A DNA stretch of 64,000 nucleotides from an uncultured Gemmatimonadales bacterium (GTDB lineage Bacteria > Gemmatimonadota > Gemmatimonadetes > Longimicrobiales > Gaopeijiaceae), in assembly GCA_963823035.1 (NCBI GenBank), contig CAWGKG010000004.1, forward strand, positions 1 to 64,000. Reading direction: 5' to 3'. The notes under the pieces were generated by a model. The model saw nothing but the letters and a program-made list of their open reading frames with translations, made no database searches and was not told the origin of the DNA. The translations under genes and the position numbers were made by a program. This document shows positions 36,187-45,742 of this stretch, piece by piece (within the stretch, counting starts at the first letter, position 1; each line of letters starts with the position of its first letter).

Positions 36187-37206
36187 GTGTCCTCCGAAAC
36201 CCTGTCGCAGAACGAGATCGACCTCCTGTTCAGCGGAGGTCGTCCCGAGGCTCCGGTCGCTGCCGCGAAGCACGACCCGTCGGAAGAAGTGCAGATCTAC
36301 GACTTCCGCCGCCCCGCGCGCATCTCGAAGGACCGGAACCGCTCGCTGCTCGCCATGTACCGCCTGCTCGCCAAGTCCATCGAGAGCTGGCTGACCGGAC
36401 GGGTACGTGACCATGTGGAGGTCGAGCTCCAGAACGTGGAGCAGCTCACGTTCGGTGAGTTCATGCTCGCCCTCCCGTCGCCGTGCGCGTCGTACATCAT
36501 GAACGTCGGCGACACGGACCATCAGGGCGTGGTCGACTTCGGGCACGAGTTCAACTTCTTCCTGGTCGACCGGCTCATGGGTGGCGCCGGCCCGCAGATG
36601 GTGCCGGAGCGGGGGCTCACGCCCATCGAGCGGATGGTCGTGAGGGTGGTGGCGGACCGCGTGGCCTTCCAGCTGTCCGAGGTGTGGAAGGACCACGTCA
36701 AGATGGACCTCGAGATCACGGGCTTCGAGTCCATCCCCGAGATGCTGCAGGTCGCCAACCGGGAAGACCCGGTGCTGGTGGCGAACATCGGCGTCAGGGT
36801 GGGCGACCTGAACTCGCTCCTCCTCCTCTGCCTCCCCTTCTCGACGCTCGAGAAGTTCTTCACCGGCACGTCGAAGCGCCGGTCCATGACGGCCGAGGGC
36901 ACCGCCGCCGAGCGCGCCTACGACCGCACACAGATCGAGGACACCCTGCGCACCGCCCAGCTCTCGCTGGGCGCCAGGCTCCCGACCTTCGACATGCCGC
37001 TCGGCACGCTCCTGTCGCTCAAGCCGGGGAGCGTGATGAGCACCGGCCTGCCCCATGACAGCGGACTCGACGTCTACGTGGCCGGCCAGCGCCGCTTCGT
37101 GGGCACGCCGGGCCGCGTCGGAAAGAAGCTCGCCGTCCGCGTCATGGACGCGGTGAGCGCCGAGCCCGACGACCTGATCCTCCCCGGGCGCGACCACCAG
37201 TACTGA
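36187..37206 (+). CDS. fliM: FliM
   Basis: GTG start; LSQNEIDLL, YDFRRP, LTPIE. Confidence 0.94.
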   Translation: MSSETLSQNEIDLLFSGGRPEAPVAAAKHDPSEEVQIYDFRRPARISKDRNRSLLAMYRLLAKSIESWLTGRVRDHVEVELQNVEQLTFGEFMLALPSPCASYIMNVGDTDHQGVVDFGHEFNFFLVDRLMGGAGPQMVPERGLTPIERMVVRVVADRVAFQLSEVWKDHVKMDLEITGFESIPEMLQVANREDPVLVANIGVRVGDLNSLLLLCLPFSTLEKFFTGTSKRRSMTAEGTAAERAYDRTQIEDTLRTAQLSLGARLPTFDMPLGTLLSLKPGSVMSTGLPHDSGLDVYVAGQRRFVGTPGRVGKKLAVRVMDAVSAEPDDLILPGRDHQY

Positions 37207-37230
37207 ACCCCTTCCATCAGGGAGAGCACC

Positions 37231-37585
37231 ATGCAGGACGACACCATGAACGAGGCTCAGGGCCAGGCGGAGGCCGCCGACGCCCAGTTCGGAGAGCTGA
37301 CCGGGGCCGCGGAGGCCTTCACGCCCGGTGCGCTCTCCATCCTCAACGACCTGAGCCTTCCCGTGGCCATCGAGCTCGGCCGCACGCGCATGTCGGTCCA
37401 GGAGATCCTGGGTCTCGGGCGCGGCTCGGTGATCCAGCTCGAGCGGCTCGCCGGAGAGCCCGTGGACGTTTTCGTGGGCGACCGCCGCTTCGCCGAGGGC
37501 GAGGTGGTGGTGGTCGGTGAGCAGTTCGGCGTGCGGGTCACCCGGATCGTCCACGCCGCGCAAGCAGGAAGGAGAAGCGGCTTGA
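37231..37585 (+). CDS. fliN: FliN (stop probably shifted out of frame by an indel)
   Basis: IELGRTRM..L.LGRGSVIQLERLAGEPVD...GEVVVVGEQFGVRV; TGA at 37583 overlaps the next TTG. Confidence 0.88.
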
Positions 37586-38784
37586 CGGGTCCGTCCTTTC
37601 TGGCCACGAGCGCCGCGCTGGCGTTCGTCCTCGGCCTTCTTGTCCTGCTGGGCTGGCTCGCCCGCCGCTGGACGCCGCGCGGCGGCGCCAGGGGAGGCGC
37701 CGGTCACGTCGAGGTCATGTCGCGCGTCGCGCTGGCGCCCCGCCAGGGCGTGGCGACGCTGCGCATCGAAGGACGCTCCGTGCTTGTTTCCTACGGGGAG
37801 GGCGGCGTGAGGCTCCTGACGGAGCTCGAGGCCGCTCCCGAAGCCCTGGAGCGAGAGGCGGCCGACGAAGCCCCTCCGCGCTTCGGCCAGGCACTCGCCC
37901 GCGCGGCCGCGCGGCGCGTCCCCGCGCTCAAGGCCCTCACGCTGGGCCTGGCGCTGGCGCTCCTCCCGCTGGCCGCCTCCCCTGCCACCGCCGGCGCGCA
38001 GGCCGTGCCGAGCGCGGTCGCGCAGACTCGCCCCGCCGAGGGCGGTCCCGCGGGCGCCGCCCGCGTCGCCGCCGAACGTCAGCGGAAGGGCGGGGACATC
38101 GCCGGCGCCCTGCCGGACGTCCGCCTCTCCGTCGGTAGCGGCGATGGCAACCGTCTGGAGCTCGACGGCCCGGTGGGCACGGTCCTCTTCATGGGCGTGC
38201 TGACCCTGCTGCCCACCCTGTTGCTGGTCATGACCAGCTTCACGCGGATCCTGATCGTGCTCCACCTGCTGAAGCAGGCGCTGGGCACGCAGACCGCGCC
38301 GCCCGCCCACCTCCTCGCCGCCATGGCGCTGATCCTCACCGGGTTCGTCATGGCGCCGACGCTCGAGCAGGCCAACGCCACCGCGCTCGCGCCGTGGATG
38401 GACGGTGAGATCGAGACCGGCGAGATGCTCCACCGCGCCGCCGTGCCCTTCCGGGCCTTCATGCTGCATTCGACCCGCGAGCAGGACCTGGCGCAGTACG
38501 TGCGGATGAGCGACGCGCCGCCGCCGGAGTCCGCGGACGACATCCCGCTGGTGACGCTCACCGCGGCGTTCGTCACCTCCGAGCTGACCAGCGCCTTCCA
38601 GATGGGCTTCGCAATCTTCCTGCCCTTCCTGGTGATCGACATCGTCGTCGCGTCCGTCCTCATGAGCATGGGGATGTTCATGCTGCCCCCGGTCATGGTG
38701 TCGCTGCCCTTCAAGCTCCTCCTGTTCGTGCTCGTCGACGGGTGGTCGCTCGTGCTCGGCAGCCTCGTCCAGAGCTTCCACTGA
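37582..38784 (+). CDS. fliP: FliO-FliP fusion protein
   Basis: FliO-like TM and VEVMSRVALAPRQGV...VRLLTEL, in frame with FliP (MTSFTRI, LPFLVIDIVVAS, PFKLLLFVLVDGW). Confidence 0.88.
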   Translation: MTGPSFLATSAALAFVLGLLVLLGWLARRWTPRGGARGGAGHVEVMSRVALAPRQGVATLRIEGRSVLVSYGEGGVRLLTELEAAPEALEREAADEAPPRFGQALARAAARRVPALKALTLGLALALLPLAASPATAGAQAVPSAVAQTRPAEGGPAGAARVAAERQRKGGDIAGALPDVRLSVGSGDGNRLELDGPVGTVLFMGVLTLLPTLLLVMTSFTRILIVLHLLKQALGTQTAPPAHLLAAMALILTGFVMAPTLEQANATALAPWMDGEIETGEMLHRAAVPFRAFMLHSTREQDLAQYVRMSDAPPPESADDIPLVTLTAAFVTSELTSAFQMGFAIFLPFLVIDIVVASVLMSMGMFMLPPVMVSLPFKLLLFVLVDGWSLVLGSLVQSFH

Positions 38785-39053
38785 TGCCGATCGGACTCGT
38801 TATCGATCTGGCGCGCAACGCGCTCACCCTGGCCCTCATGCTGGCGGGACCGCTTCTCGTGATCGCCCTGGTGGTCGGCCTGGTGATCGGCGTCGTCCAG
38901 GCGGTGACGTCCATCCAGGAGCAGACGCTGGCCTTCGTACCGAAGCTGCTCGCGGTGGGGATCACCTTCCTGATCCTCCTGTCGTGGATGCTGCAGATGA
39001 TGATGCGCTACACGTCGGAGCTCTTCCGCTCCCTTCCGGGCCTGGTGGGCTGA
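38784..39053 (+). CDS. fliQ: FliQ
   Basis: QAVTSIQEQTLAFVPK. Confidence 0.95.
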   Translation: MPIGLVIDLARNALTLALMLAGPLLVIALVVGLVIGVVQAVTSIQEQTLAFVPKLLAVGITFLILLSWMLQMMMRYTSELFRSLPGLVG

Positions 39054-39054
39054 C

Positions 39055-39883
39055 GTGCCCGCTCCGATCGACGTGCAGACGCTGGGCGACTGGACCGTCT
39101 TCGGTCCGCACGGCGCCGCGATCGCGGCGCTCCTCCTGCTCCGCCTCACCGGCCTGATCTGGGTCGCCCCGCTCTTCAGCGGACAGGCGATCCCGAACAC
39201 GATCAAGGCGGCCGTCCTGGTGCTCCTGACCGCTCTGATGTGGCCCGCCGCGGCCGCCGCCTCCGCCGCCGTCGCCCCCCGCGTGGACGCCGCCTCGGTG
39301 GTGACGGAGCTGTGCCTCGGGCTCACCCTCGGCCTGGGGGCGGCGATCTTCGTCGCCGCGGCCGAGTCGGCCGGCGACATGCTCGCCGTTCAGATGGGCC
39401 TTTCCGGCGCGAACGTCGTGGACCCGATGTCGCGGACGCAGCTCCCGGTCCTCGGCCACCTGATGGGGCTGTTCGCGACCATGCTGATCCTGGCAACGGG
39501 CGGGCATCTGGCGATCCTGACGGCGCTTCGCGGGTCACTGGACGTGGTGCCCCTGGGGGGGGCGGTCGACTTCCGTCAGGGCGCCCTCGCGGTCGTCGGG
39601 CTCGGGACCACGCTCCTGAGCCTGGGCCTGCAGTTCGCGGCTCCGGTGGTTGCGGCCATGATGATGAGCAACGCGGCGCTCGGCGTGCTGGCGCGCACGG
39701 TCCCGCAGCTCAACGTCCTGATGGTCGCGTTCCCCGTGCAGATCGGCGTGGGCCTCTTCGTGCTCGCCGCCACGCTCCCGCTCATCGCCACCGCGTTCAG
39801 CTACCTGGCCCGAGCGGTACGGCTCCGTCGTGTCCCAGCTCCTGCAGGCGTTCTCGCCCGCAGCCGCCGGAGGGGGCCTCTGA
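39055..39883 (+). CDS. fliR: FliR (indel near 3' end)
   Basis: QMGLS...DP, GGHL, LARTVPQLNVL...FPVQI; the alternate frame ends ...GGGL* at a TGATG overlap. Confidence 0.9.
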
Positions 39884-40983
39884 TGGCCGACGATTCCCTC
39901 CAGGACAAGACCGAAGCGCCGACCCCGCGTCGGAGGCAGGACGCCTTCGAGAAGGGCGATGTGCCTCGCAGCCAGGAGGTCGCCACGGCCTTCATCCTGC
40001 TGGCGGGTGCCGGCGTGGTGGCCACCACGGCGGGCACCACGGCCTCGGCGGTATTGGACATCTTCGGCGGCGCCACGAGCAGCCTGACCGCGCTGCCGGT
40101 CGGAGTCGAGGGAACGGTCGGCTGGGTGCGGGACCTGGGATCACGCACGCTCTCGGGGATGCTGCCGATGCTCCTGGTGCTCGCCGGAACCGCGCTGGTG
40201 ATCAGCGCGATCCAGGCACGCGGCGCCCTCTCGACGGACCCCCTCACACCCAAGTGGTCCCGCCTGGATCCGATCAAGAAGATCCCCCAGATCTGGGGGT
40301 GGCGGGCGCTCGCCGAGCTGGCGAAGAGCCTTCTCAAGCTGGGGCTGGTGGGTACGGTGGTGTGGAAGGCCCTCGACAAGGCCTCCTCGGACATCCCGGC
40401 GCTCGCCCAGGAGTCCCCCTACGCCCTCCTGCAGCTCGTTCGCGACTACACCGTCCGCATCCTCCTGTCGGCCGGCCTGGCCTACCTGGTGCTCGCGCTC
40501 GCGGACTATGCCTACCAGATCTGGCAGCACGAGAAGCAGCTCAAGATGAGCAAGGAAGAGATTCGCAAGGAGTTCAAGGACAGCGAGGGTGACGAGGTGG
40601 TGAAGGTGCGCCGCCGGACGATGGCCCGGCAGTTCGCCCGCCGGCGCATGATGCTTTCGGTGCCGGAGGCGGACGTGGTGGTCACCAACCCGACGCACAT
40701 CGCCGTCGCGCTCAAATACGACCCCGACGTCGCGGACGCCCCCATGGTGGTCGCGATGGGCGAGCGCAAGGTCGCGGAGCGCATCAAGGAGATCGCGCGG
40801 GAGAACGGCGTGCCCCTGATCGAGAACAAGCCGCTCGCGCGGGCGCTGCTCGCTACCGCGAGGGTCGGGTCGGCCATTCCGATGGAGCTGTTCGTGGCGG
40901 TGGCCGAGATCCTGGCCTGGGTCTACAAGCAGGCCGGATACGAGCCTGGAGCCGGGAACACCCGGCGCGGAGGTAGGGCATGA
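39883..40983 (+). CDS. flhB: FlhB
   Basis: KTEAPTPRR and the NPTH autocleavage motif. Confidence 0.95.
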   Translation: MADDSLQDKTEAPTPRRRQDAFEKGDVPRSQEVATAFILLAGAGVVATTAGTTASAVLDIFGGATSSLTALPVGVEGTVGWVRDLGSRTLSGMLPMLLVLAGTALVISAIQARGALSTDPLTPKWSRLDPIKKIPQIWGWRALAELAKSLLKLGLVGTVVWKALDKASSDIPALAQESPYALLQLVRDYTVRILLSAGLAYLVLALADYAYQIWQHEKQLKMSKEEIRKEFKDSEGDEVVKVRRRTMARQFARRRMMLSVPEADVVVTNPTHIAVALKYDPDVADAPMVVAMGERKVAERIKEIARENGVPLIENKPLARALLATARVGSAIPMELFVAVAEILAWVYKQAGYEPGAGNTRRGGRA

Positions 40984-43076
40984 GCGAGCCCACGGGCTTC
41001 CGGTTTCCGTTCGACGTGCGCAAGCACGGCGAGATCCTCGTCGTCGTCGCGATCGTCCTGGTGGTCGGGCTGCTCGTCCTGCCGCTACCGACCTTCTTGC
41101 TGGACCTCTTTCTGGCCTTCTCCATCGCGTCCTCGCTCGTGGTGCTCCTGGTGGCGCTCTACGTGAATCGGACGCTGGACTTCTCCTCCTTCCCCGCGGT
41201 CCTGCTCATCCTCACGCTGTACCGGCTGGCCCTCAACGTGAGCAGCACCCGCCTCATCCTGGGGCAGGGGGAGGCCGGCAAGGTCATCGAGTCGTTCGGC
41301 CAGTTCGTGATCGGGGGGAACTACGCGGTCGGCGTGGTCATCTTCCTGATCCTGGTCGGCATCAACTTCATCGTCATCACGAAGGGCGCCGGGCGCGTGG
41401 CTGAGGTAGCCGCGCGCTTCACGCTGGACGCCATGCCGGGGCGCCAGATGAGCATCGACGGGGACCTCTCCGCCGGGCTCATCGACGACGCGGAAGCCAA
41501 GCGGCGCCGCGAGGAGGTCTCGCGCGAGGCCGACTTCTACGGGGCGATGGACGGCGCGGCCAAGTTCGTCCGCGGCGACGCGATCGCCAGCCTGCTCATC
41601 ACGGCGATCAACATCCTCGGCGGCCTCTTCGTGGGCGTGGTACAGCGGGGGATGCCGGTCACGCGCGCGCTCTCCGAGTACACGATCCTCACCGTCGGCG
41701 ACGGCCTGGTGAGCCAGATCCCCGCGCTGGTGATCTCCACGGCGGCCGGCATCATGGTCACGTCCTCTTCGGGCGGCGGACGGGTCGCGTCCGCCCTCCT
41801 GAAGCAGGTTGGCCGCGAAGCCCGTCCGATGTGGATCGCCTCGGGCTTCCTCGGGCTGCTGTCCCTGGTTCCCGGGATGCCGATGGTGCCCTTCCTGGTT
41901 CTGGCCGGTGGCACGGCGCTGGCGGCGCGCGCGTCCGGCAAGTCGCCCGAGGAGAAGGACGTTCCGGTGCTCGGTACGCGCTCCGCCGAGCCCGCGCCGG
42001 GCGAGGTGGCCGCGGAACATCGGACGCCGATGCAGGACCTTCTCCAGATCGACCCCGTCGAGCTCGAGATCGGCTACGGGCTCATCCCGCTCGTCGACGA
42101 GAAGAACGGCGGCGACCTGATGGAGCGCATCCGGTTGCTGCGAAAGCAGGCGGCGCTGGAGCTCGGCATCCTGGTCCCGCCCATCCGCATCCGCGACGAC
42201 GTGCGCCTGGCGCCCACGGAGTACGTGGTGAAGGTCCGGGGCTCGGAGGCGGCGCGCGGCGAGGTAAAGCCGAGGCTGCTCCTCGCCCTGGACACCGGCT
42301 CCGTGATCGAGGAGGTCGAGGGCGAGAAGACCTTCGACCCGAGCTTCGGAATGCCGGCACGCTGGGTCCCGTTGCGCGCCCGCCTGGACGCAGAGGCGGC
42401 CGGCTACATGGTGGTCGAGCCGTCCACGGTGGTCGCCACGCACCTCATGGAGTCGCTCAAGACGCACGCCGCCGACCTGCTCGGCCGCCAGGACGTCCAG
42501 GAGATGCTCGACACGCTCAAGGAGACCTATCCGGCCCTCGTGGACGAGGTGGTGCCGCAGCGGGTCTCGCTCGGCACGCTGCACCGGGTGCTCCAGCGGC
42601 TCCTCAGGGAGCGGGTGCCGATCCGCGACGTCGTCACGATCCTCGAGACGCTCGCGGACGCGTCCGACATCACCAAGGACCCCGAGGCCCTCACCGAACA
42701 CGCCCGCCGCGCCCTCAGCCACGTCATCGCCGGCACGTACATGGGCGCGGACGGGGCGATCCGGGGGATCACGCTTGGGCCCAAGCTCGAGGCAGCGCTC
42801 ATGGGCCTGTTCAGCCCGCGGGCCGGCCGCACCTCGCACGAGATGATCGACCCCGACACGCTCACCGCCCTCCTCGCACGGCTCGACGACCTGAGCCGCG
42901 CCTACTCGGACGAGGGTCGGCCCGTTCCCGTCATCACGCCGCCCGGACTGCGGATCGGCGTGCGGCGGCTGATCGAGCCCGTCCTTCCGAACGTTCCGGT
43001 GATCTCGCTGGCGGAGCTGCCGGCGCAGGCCAACCTGAAGAACGTCGCCACTTGGGAGATGCTCCATGCAGCTTGA
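40980..43076 (+). CDS. flhA: FlhA
   Basis: RVAEVAARFTLDAMPGRQMSID, FYGAMDGAAKFV. Confidence 0.97.
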   Translation: MSEPTGFRFPFDVRKHGEILVVVAIVLVVGLLVLPLPTFLLDLFLAFSIASSLVVLLVALYVNRTLDFSSFPAVLLILTLYRLALNVSSTRLILGQGEAGKVIESFGQFVIGGNYAVGVVIFLILVGINFIVITKGAGRVAEVAARFTLDAMPGRQMSIDGDLSAGLIDDAEAKRRREEVSREADFYGAMDGAAKFVRGDAIASLLITAINILGGLFVGVVQRGMPVTRALSEYTILTVGDGLVSQIPALVISTAAGIMVTSSSGGGRVASALLKQVGREARPMWIASGFLGLLSLVPGMPMVPFLVLAGGTALAARASGKSPEEKDVPVLGTRSAEPAPGEVAAEHRTPMQDLLQIDPVELEIGYGLIPLVDEKNGGDLMERIRLLRKQAALELGILVPPIRIRDDVRLAPTEYVVKVRGSEAARGEVKPRLLLALDTGSVIEEVEGEKTFDPSFGMPARWVPLRARLDAEAAGYMVVEPSTVVATHLMESLKTHAADLLGRQDVQEMLDTLKETYPALVDEVVPQRVSLGTLHRVLQRLLRERVPIRDVVTILETLADASDITKDPEALTEHARRALSHVIAGTYMGADGAIRGITLGPKLEAALMGLFSPRAGRTSHEMIDPDTLTALLARLDDLSRAYSDEGRPVPVITPPGLRIGVRRLIEPVLPNVPVISLAELPAQANLKNVATWEMLHAA

Positions 43077-43905
43077 GACCTTCAGGGGCACGTCGCTGTC
43101 CCAGATGATGAGGCAGGTACAACGCACGCTGGGGGACGACGCCATGATCGTGTCCACCCGGACCGTGCGGACCTCCAGGGGCGCCGAGACCGAAGTGGTG
43201 GCGGCGCGCGCGTCGGCCATCGAGGCCTTCCGTCGTCGTCTCGACGGCGCCCGGGCGGCGGCTCTTCGCGAGCGCGACCGGAAGCGGCGCATCGGCCCCT
43301 ACCGGGTGGCGTTCGTGGGGCCCGCCGGCGCGGGGAAGACCACGACCGCGATGAAGGTCGCGCTCCACCTCGCCGCCGAGGGCACGCGCAAGGTCGGCCT
43401 GGTCACGCTCGACACCTACCGGGTCGGCGCGCTCGAGGAGATGCAGACGTACGCCGAGATCGCCGACATGCCGCTCGAGGCGGTCTACGCGCGGGCGGAG
43501 GTGCTGGGCGCGATCCAGCGCCTGCGCGACCGCGACGTGGTCATCATCGACACGCCCGGACGTGGCTTGAACGGTGGATCGGCGCCCTGGGCTGAGCTGC
43601 TCGAGGCCATGGCGCCCGACGAGGTGCACCTGGTGGTTCCGGCCGGCTCCCGTCCGGAGGTGGCGATGTCCCTCCTGGAGCGCGTGCCCGGACCGCGTCC
43701 CACGCACGTCCTCTTCACGAAGGTCGACGAGCTGCCCGCGCCGACGGCGCTGGCCGAGCTCACCGACGAGATGGATCTGCCCGCGCGCTGGGTATGCGAC
43801 AGGCCCGAAATCACGGGCGACCTGGCCTCCGCCGGCCCGCGCATCCTCGCCTCCCTCGGCCTCTCGTCGGACCAGGGCCGGCGGGTCGACCTCCTGGCGG
43901 GGTGA
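43066..43905 (+). CDS. flhF: FlhF-like SRP GTPase (short)
   Basis: GPAGAGKTTT, DTYRVGA, DTPG, TKVDE; follows flhA. Confidence 0.88.
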   Translation: MQLETFRGTSLSQMMRQVQRTLGDDAMIVSTRTVRTSRGAETEVVAARASAIEAFRRRLDGARAAALRERDRKRRIGPYRVAFVGPAGAGKTTTAMKVALHLAAEGTRKVGLVTLDTYRVGALEEMQTYAEIADMPLEAVYARAEVLGAIQRLRDRDVVIIDTPGRGLNGGSAPWAELLEAMAPDEVHLVVPAGSRPEVAMSLLERVPGPRPTHVLFTKVDELPAPTALAELTDEMDLPARWVCDRPEITGDLASAGPRILASLGLSSDQGRRVDLLAG

Positions 43906-43912
43906 TGTGACC

Positions 43913-44755
43913 ATGGTCCGCCACGCTTTGAAGGCACTGGTGAACGGCAACGGCCGGGACACGTCCCACAGGGTCATGCGCGGCGTGGTCGTCTTCGGTG
44001 CGGGGAAGGGCGGCGTCGGTACGTCCACCCTCACGGGGCTCGTGGCGCTGGCGGCGGCCCGCAGTGGCGCGTCGGTGCTCCTGGTGGACGCGGACGAGAC
44101 CGTCGGATCCCTGCACCTGCAGCTCGGCTTCTCCCCGGACGTGCCGGGTCTGGGCACGCTGCGGGGCGGACGCGTCGCACCGGAGGACCTTCTGCTGGAG
44201 GTGGAGCCGGGCCTCACGCTCTTCCCGGGCGGTGGCGGTGGCGTGGCCGCCACCCTGGCCGTGGCCAGCGCCGAGCGACGCATCCTCATGCGGCGGGTGG
44301 CCGGCCTGTACGATCGATACGACCTCGTGCTCGTGGACGGTGGATCCCGTCTCGACTCGGTCGTGGCCTCGTGCGCGGCGGGGGCGGGGCGTCTCATCGC
44401 GCTGACCCTCCCGGACCGGATCGCCGAGGCAGGCGCGTATGCGCTCCTCAAGGCGATGCACGGCCGCTTCGCCACCCTCCCCGCGGAGGTGCTGGTGAAC
44501 CGGTCGTCCGAGGCGGAAGCCCGTGCGGCGCACGCGACGATCGACAGCGCCGCCACCTCCTTCCTCGGCACCGGCGTCCCCTTCGCCGGCGCGGTTCCCG
44601 ACGACCCGACGTCGCTGGCCCCCGCGGCCGGCGCGCTCGCCTCCCTTCCGCCCTCGGCGCCCGTCTGGGCGGCCGCGGCCCACCTCGCCGACCGTCTCCT
44701 GGCGGAGGAAGAAACCGCGGCGACCCCGGTCCTGCGCTTCCCCTCGCTGGACTGA
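43913..44755 (+). CDS. flhG: FlhG/FleN MinD-like protein
   Basis: GKGGVGTST, LLVDAD, YALLK; follows flhF. Confidence 0.8.
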   Translation: MVRHALKALVNGNGRDTSHRVMRGVVVFGAGKGGVGTSTLTGLVALAAARSGASVLLVDADETVGSLHLQLGFSPDVPGLGTLRGGRVAPEDLLLEVEPGLTLFPGGGGGVAATLAVASAERRILMRRVAGLYDRYDLVLVDGGSRLDSVVASCAAGAGRLIALTLPDRIAEAGAYALLKAMHGRFATLPAEVLVNRSSEAEARAAHATIDSAATSFLGTGVPFAGAVPDDPTSLAPAAGALASLPPSAPVWAAAAHLADRLLAEEETAATPVLRFPSLD

Positions 44756-44759
44756 AGCC

Positions 44760-44932
44760 CGGAAAAAGCGGCCGGGTGAGGCCGGAAGAGGCTTCCGCCC
44801 GAACCCCCGTCGACCGGGGATCCCTCTCCCGTCCTATGTCTTCGCAGATCCACGAAAGCGTTGTATAGCAACACTTTTACTGGACTTCTGACACGCCCGC
44901 GGCACGTGCTGGGATTGTGGTACGCCGCCTGC
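44760..44932 (+). promoter_or_regulatory. sigma54 promoter with enhancer pair and IHF-like site, upstream of fliA
   Basis: CGGAAGAGGCTTCCG at 44783, 25-mer at 44854-44878, TGGTACGCCGCCTGC at 44918-44932. Confidence 0.75.
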
Positions 44933-44979
44933 TAAAGGAGGGGTGGCGTGAGACAGGTGGACACCAAGAGGTAGACGCG

Positions 44980-45742
44980 ATGGATACGACACTCCTCGAC
45001 AGCTATCGGGACGCCGGAGACATGGGCAGCCGTGACGAGCTGCTGACCCAGAACCTCCGCCTCGTGCACCACGTTGCCCGTCAGCTCGCCCGCTCCAGTC
45101 GCGCGGACATCGAGTTCGAAGATCTCGTGAGCGCCGGAACGATCGGGCTCATCGACGCGATCGAGAACTTCGACAAGACGCGTGGCCTGGCGTTCAGCAC
45201 CTTCGCCGCCCCGAGGATCCGGGGCGCGATCCTCGACGACCTTCGTCGCCGGGACCACGTGCCGCGGTCCGTCCGCCGGAAGCAGCGCGAGCTCGGCCGG
45301 GCGCGCGAGTCGCTGCAGGCCCGCCTGGGGCGCGCGCCGTCCGAGGAGGAGCTCGCCGGGGAGATGGGCATCGAGCTCGAGAAGCTGTGGAAGTGGCAGC
45401 GGGACGCGGAGCACGCGGCCCGCATCTCCCTCGATCGTCCGAGCGACACCACGACGGGCGTGGGTGCCACCCCGGAAGAGCTGCTCGCGGGCGAGGCAGG
45501 GCCACGACATCGAGGCCGTCATCAACCGCGAGCAGGAGGTCACGCTGCTGCGCGACGAGATCCTGAAGCTGAAGGATCAGGAGCGCATCGTGCTGTCCCT
45601 CTACTACTTCGAGGAGCTGAAGCTGCACGAGATCGCCTCGATCATGAGCCTGACCGAGTCCCGCATCTCGCAGATCCGCTCCAAGGCGATCGCCAACCTC
45701 CGTGCACGTCTCTCTCCCGCGGAGGAGGCGGTATGCGCCTGA
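44980..45742 (+). CDS. fliA: Flagellar sigma factor FliA (frameshift ~45500)
   Basis: DLVSAGTIGLIDAI, RIRGAILDDLR, LYYFEEL...ESRISQI. Confidence 0.94.

Noticed and set aside
35665..37206. FliM with a long N-terminal extension
   Set aside because: The extension is out-of-frame fliL sequence. FliM starts at GTG 36187.
37231..38784. Apparent FliN-FliO-FliP triple fusion (517-aa ORF)
   Set aside because: At 37561-37585 an RBS-like GGAG precedes a TTGA start/stop overlap. A single indel restores a FliN ending ...GEAA*, so the FliN join is probably an error.
39055..40983. Apparent FliR-FlhB fusion (642 aa)
   Set aside because: The junction peptide is Arg-rich nonsense. The alternate frame gives WPERYGSVVSQLLQAF...GGGL* with a TGATG overlap and an RBS, so one indel explains it.
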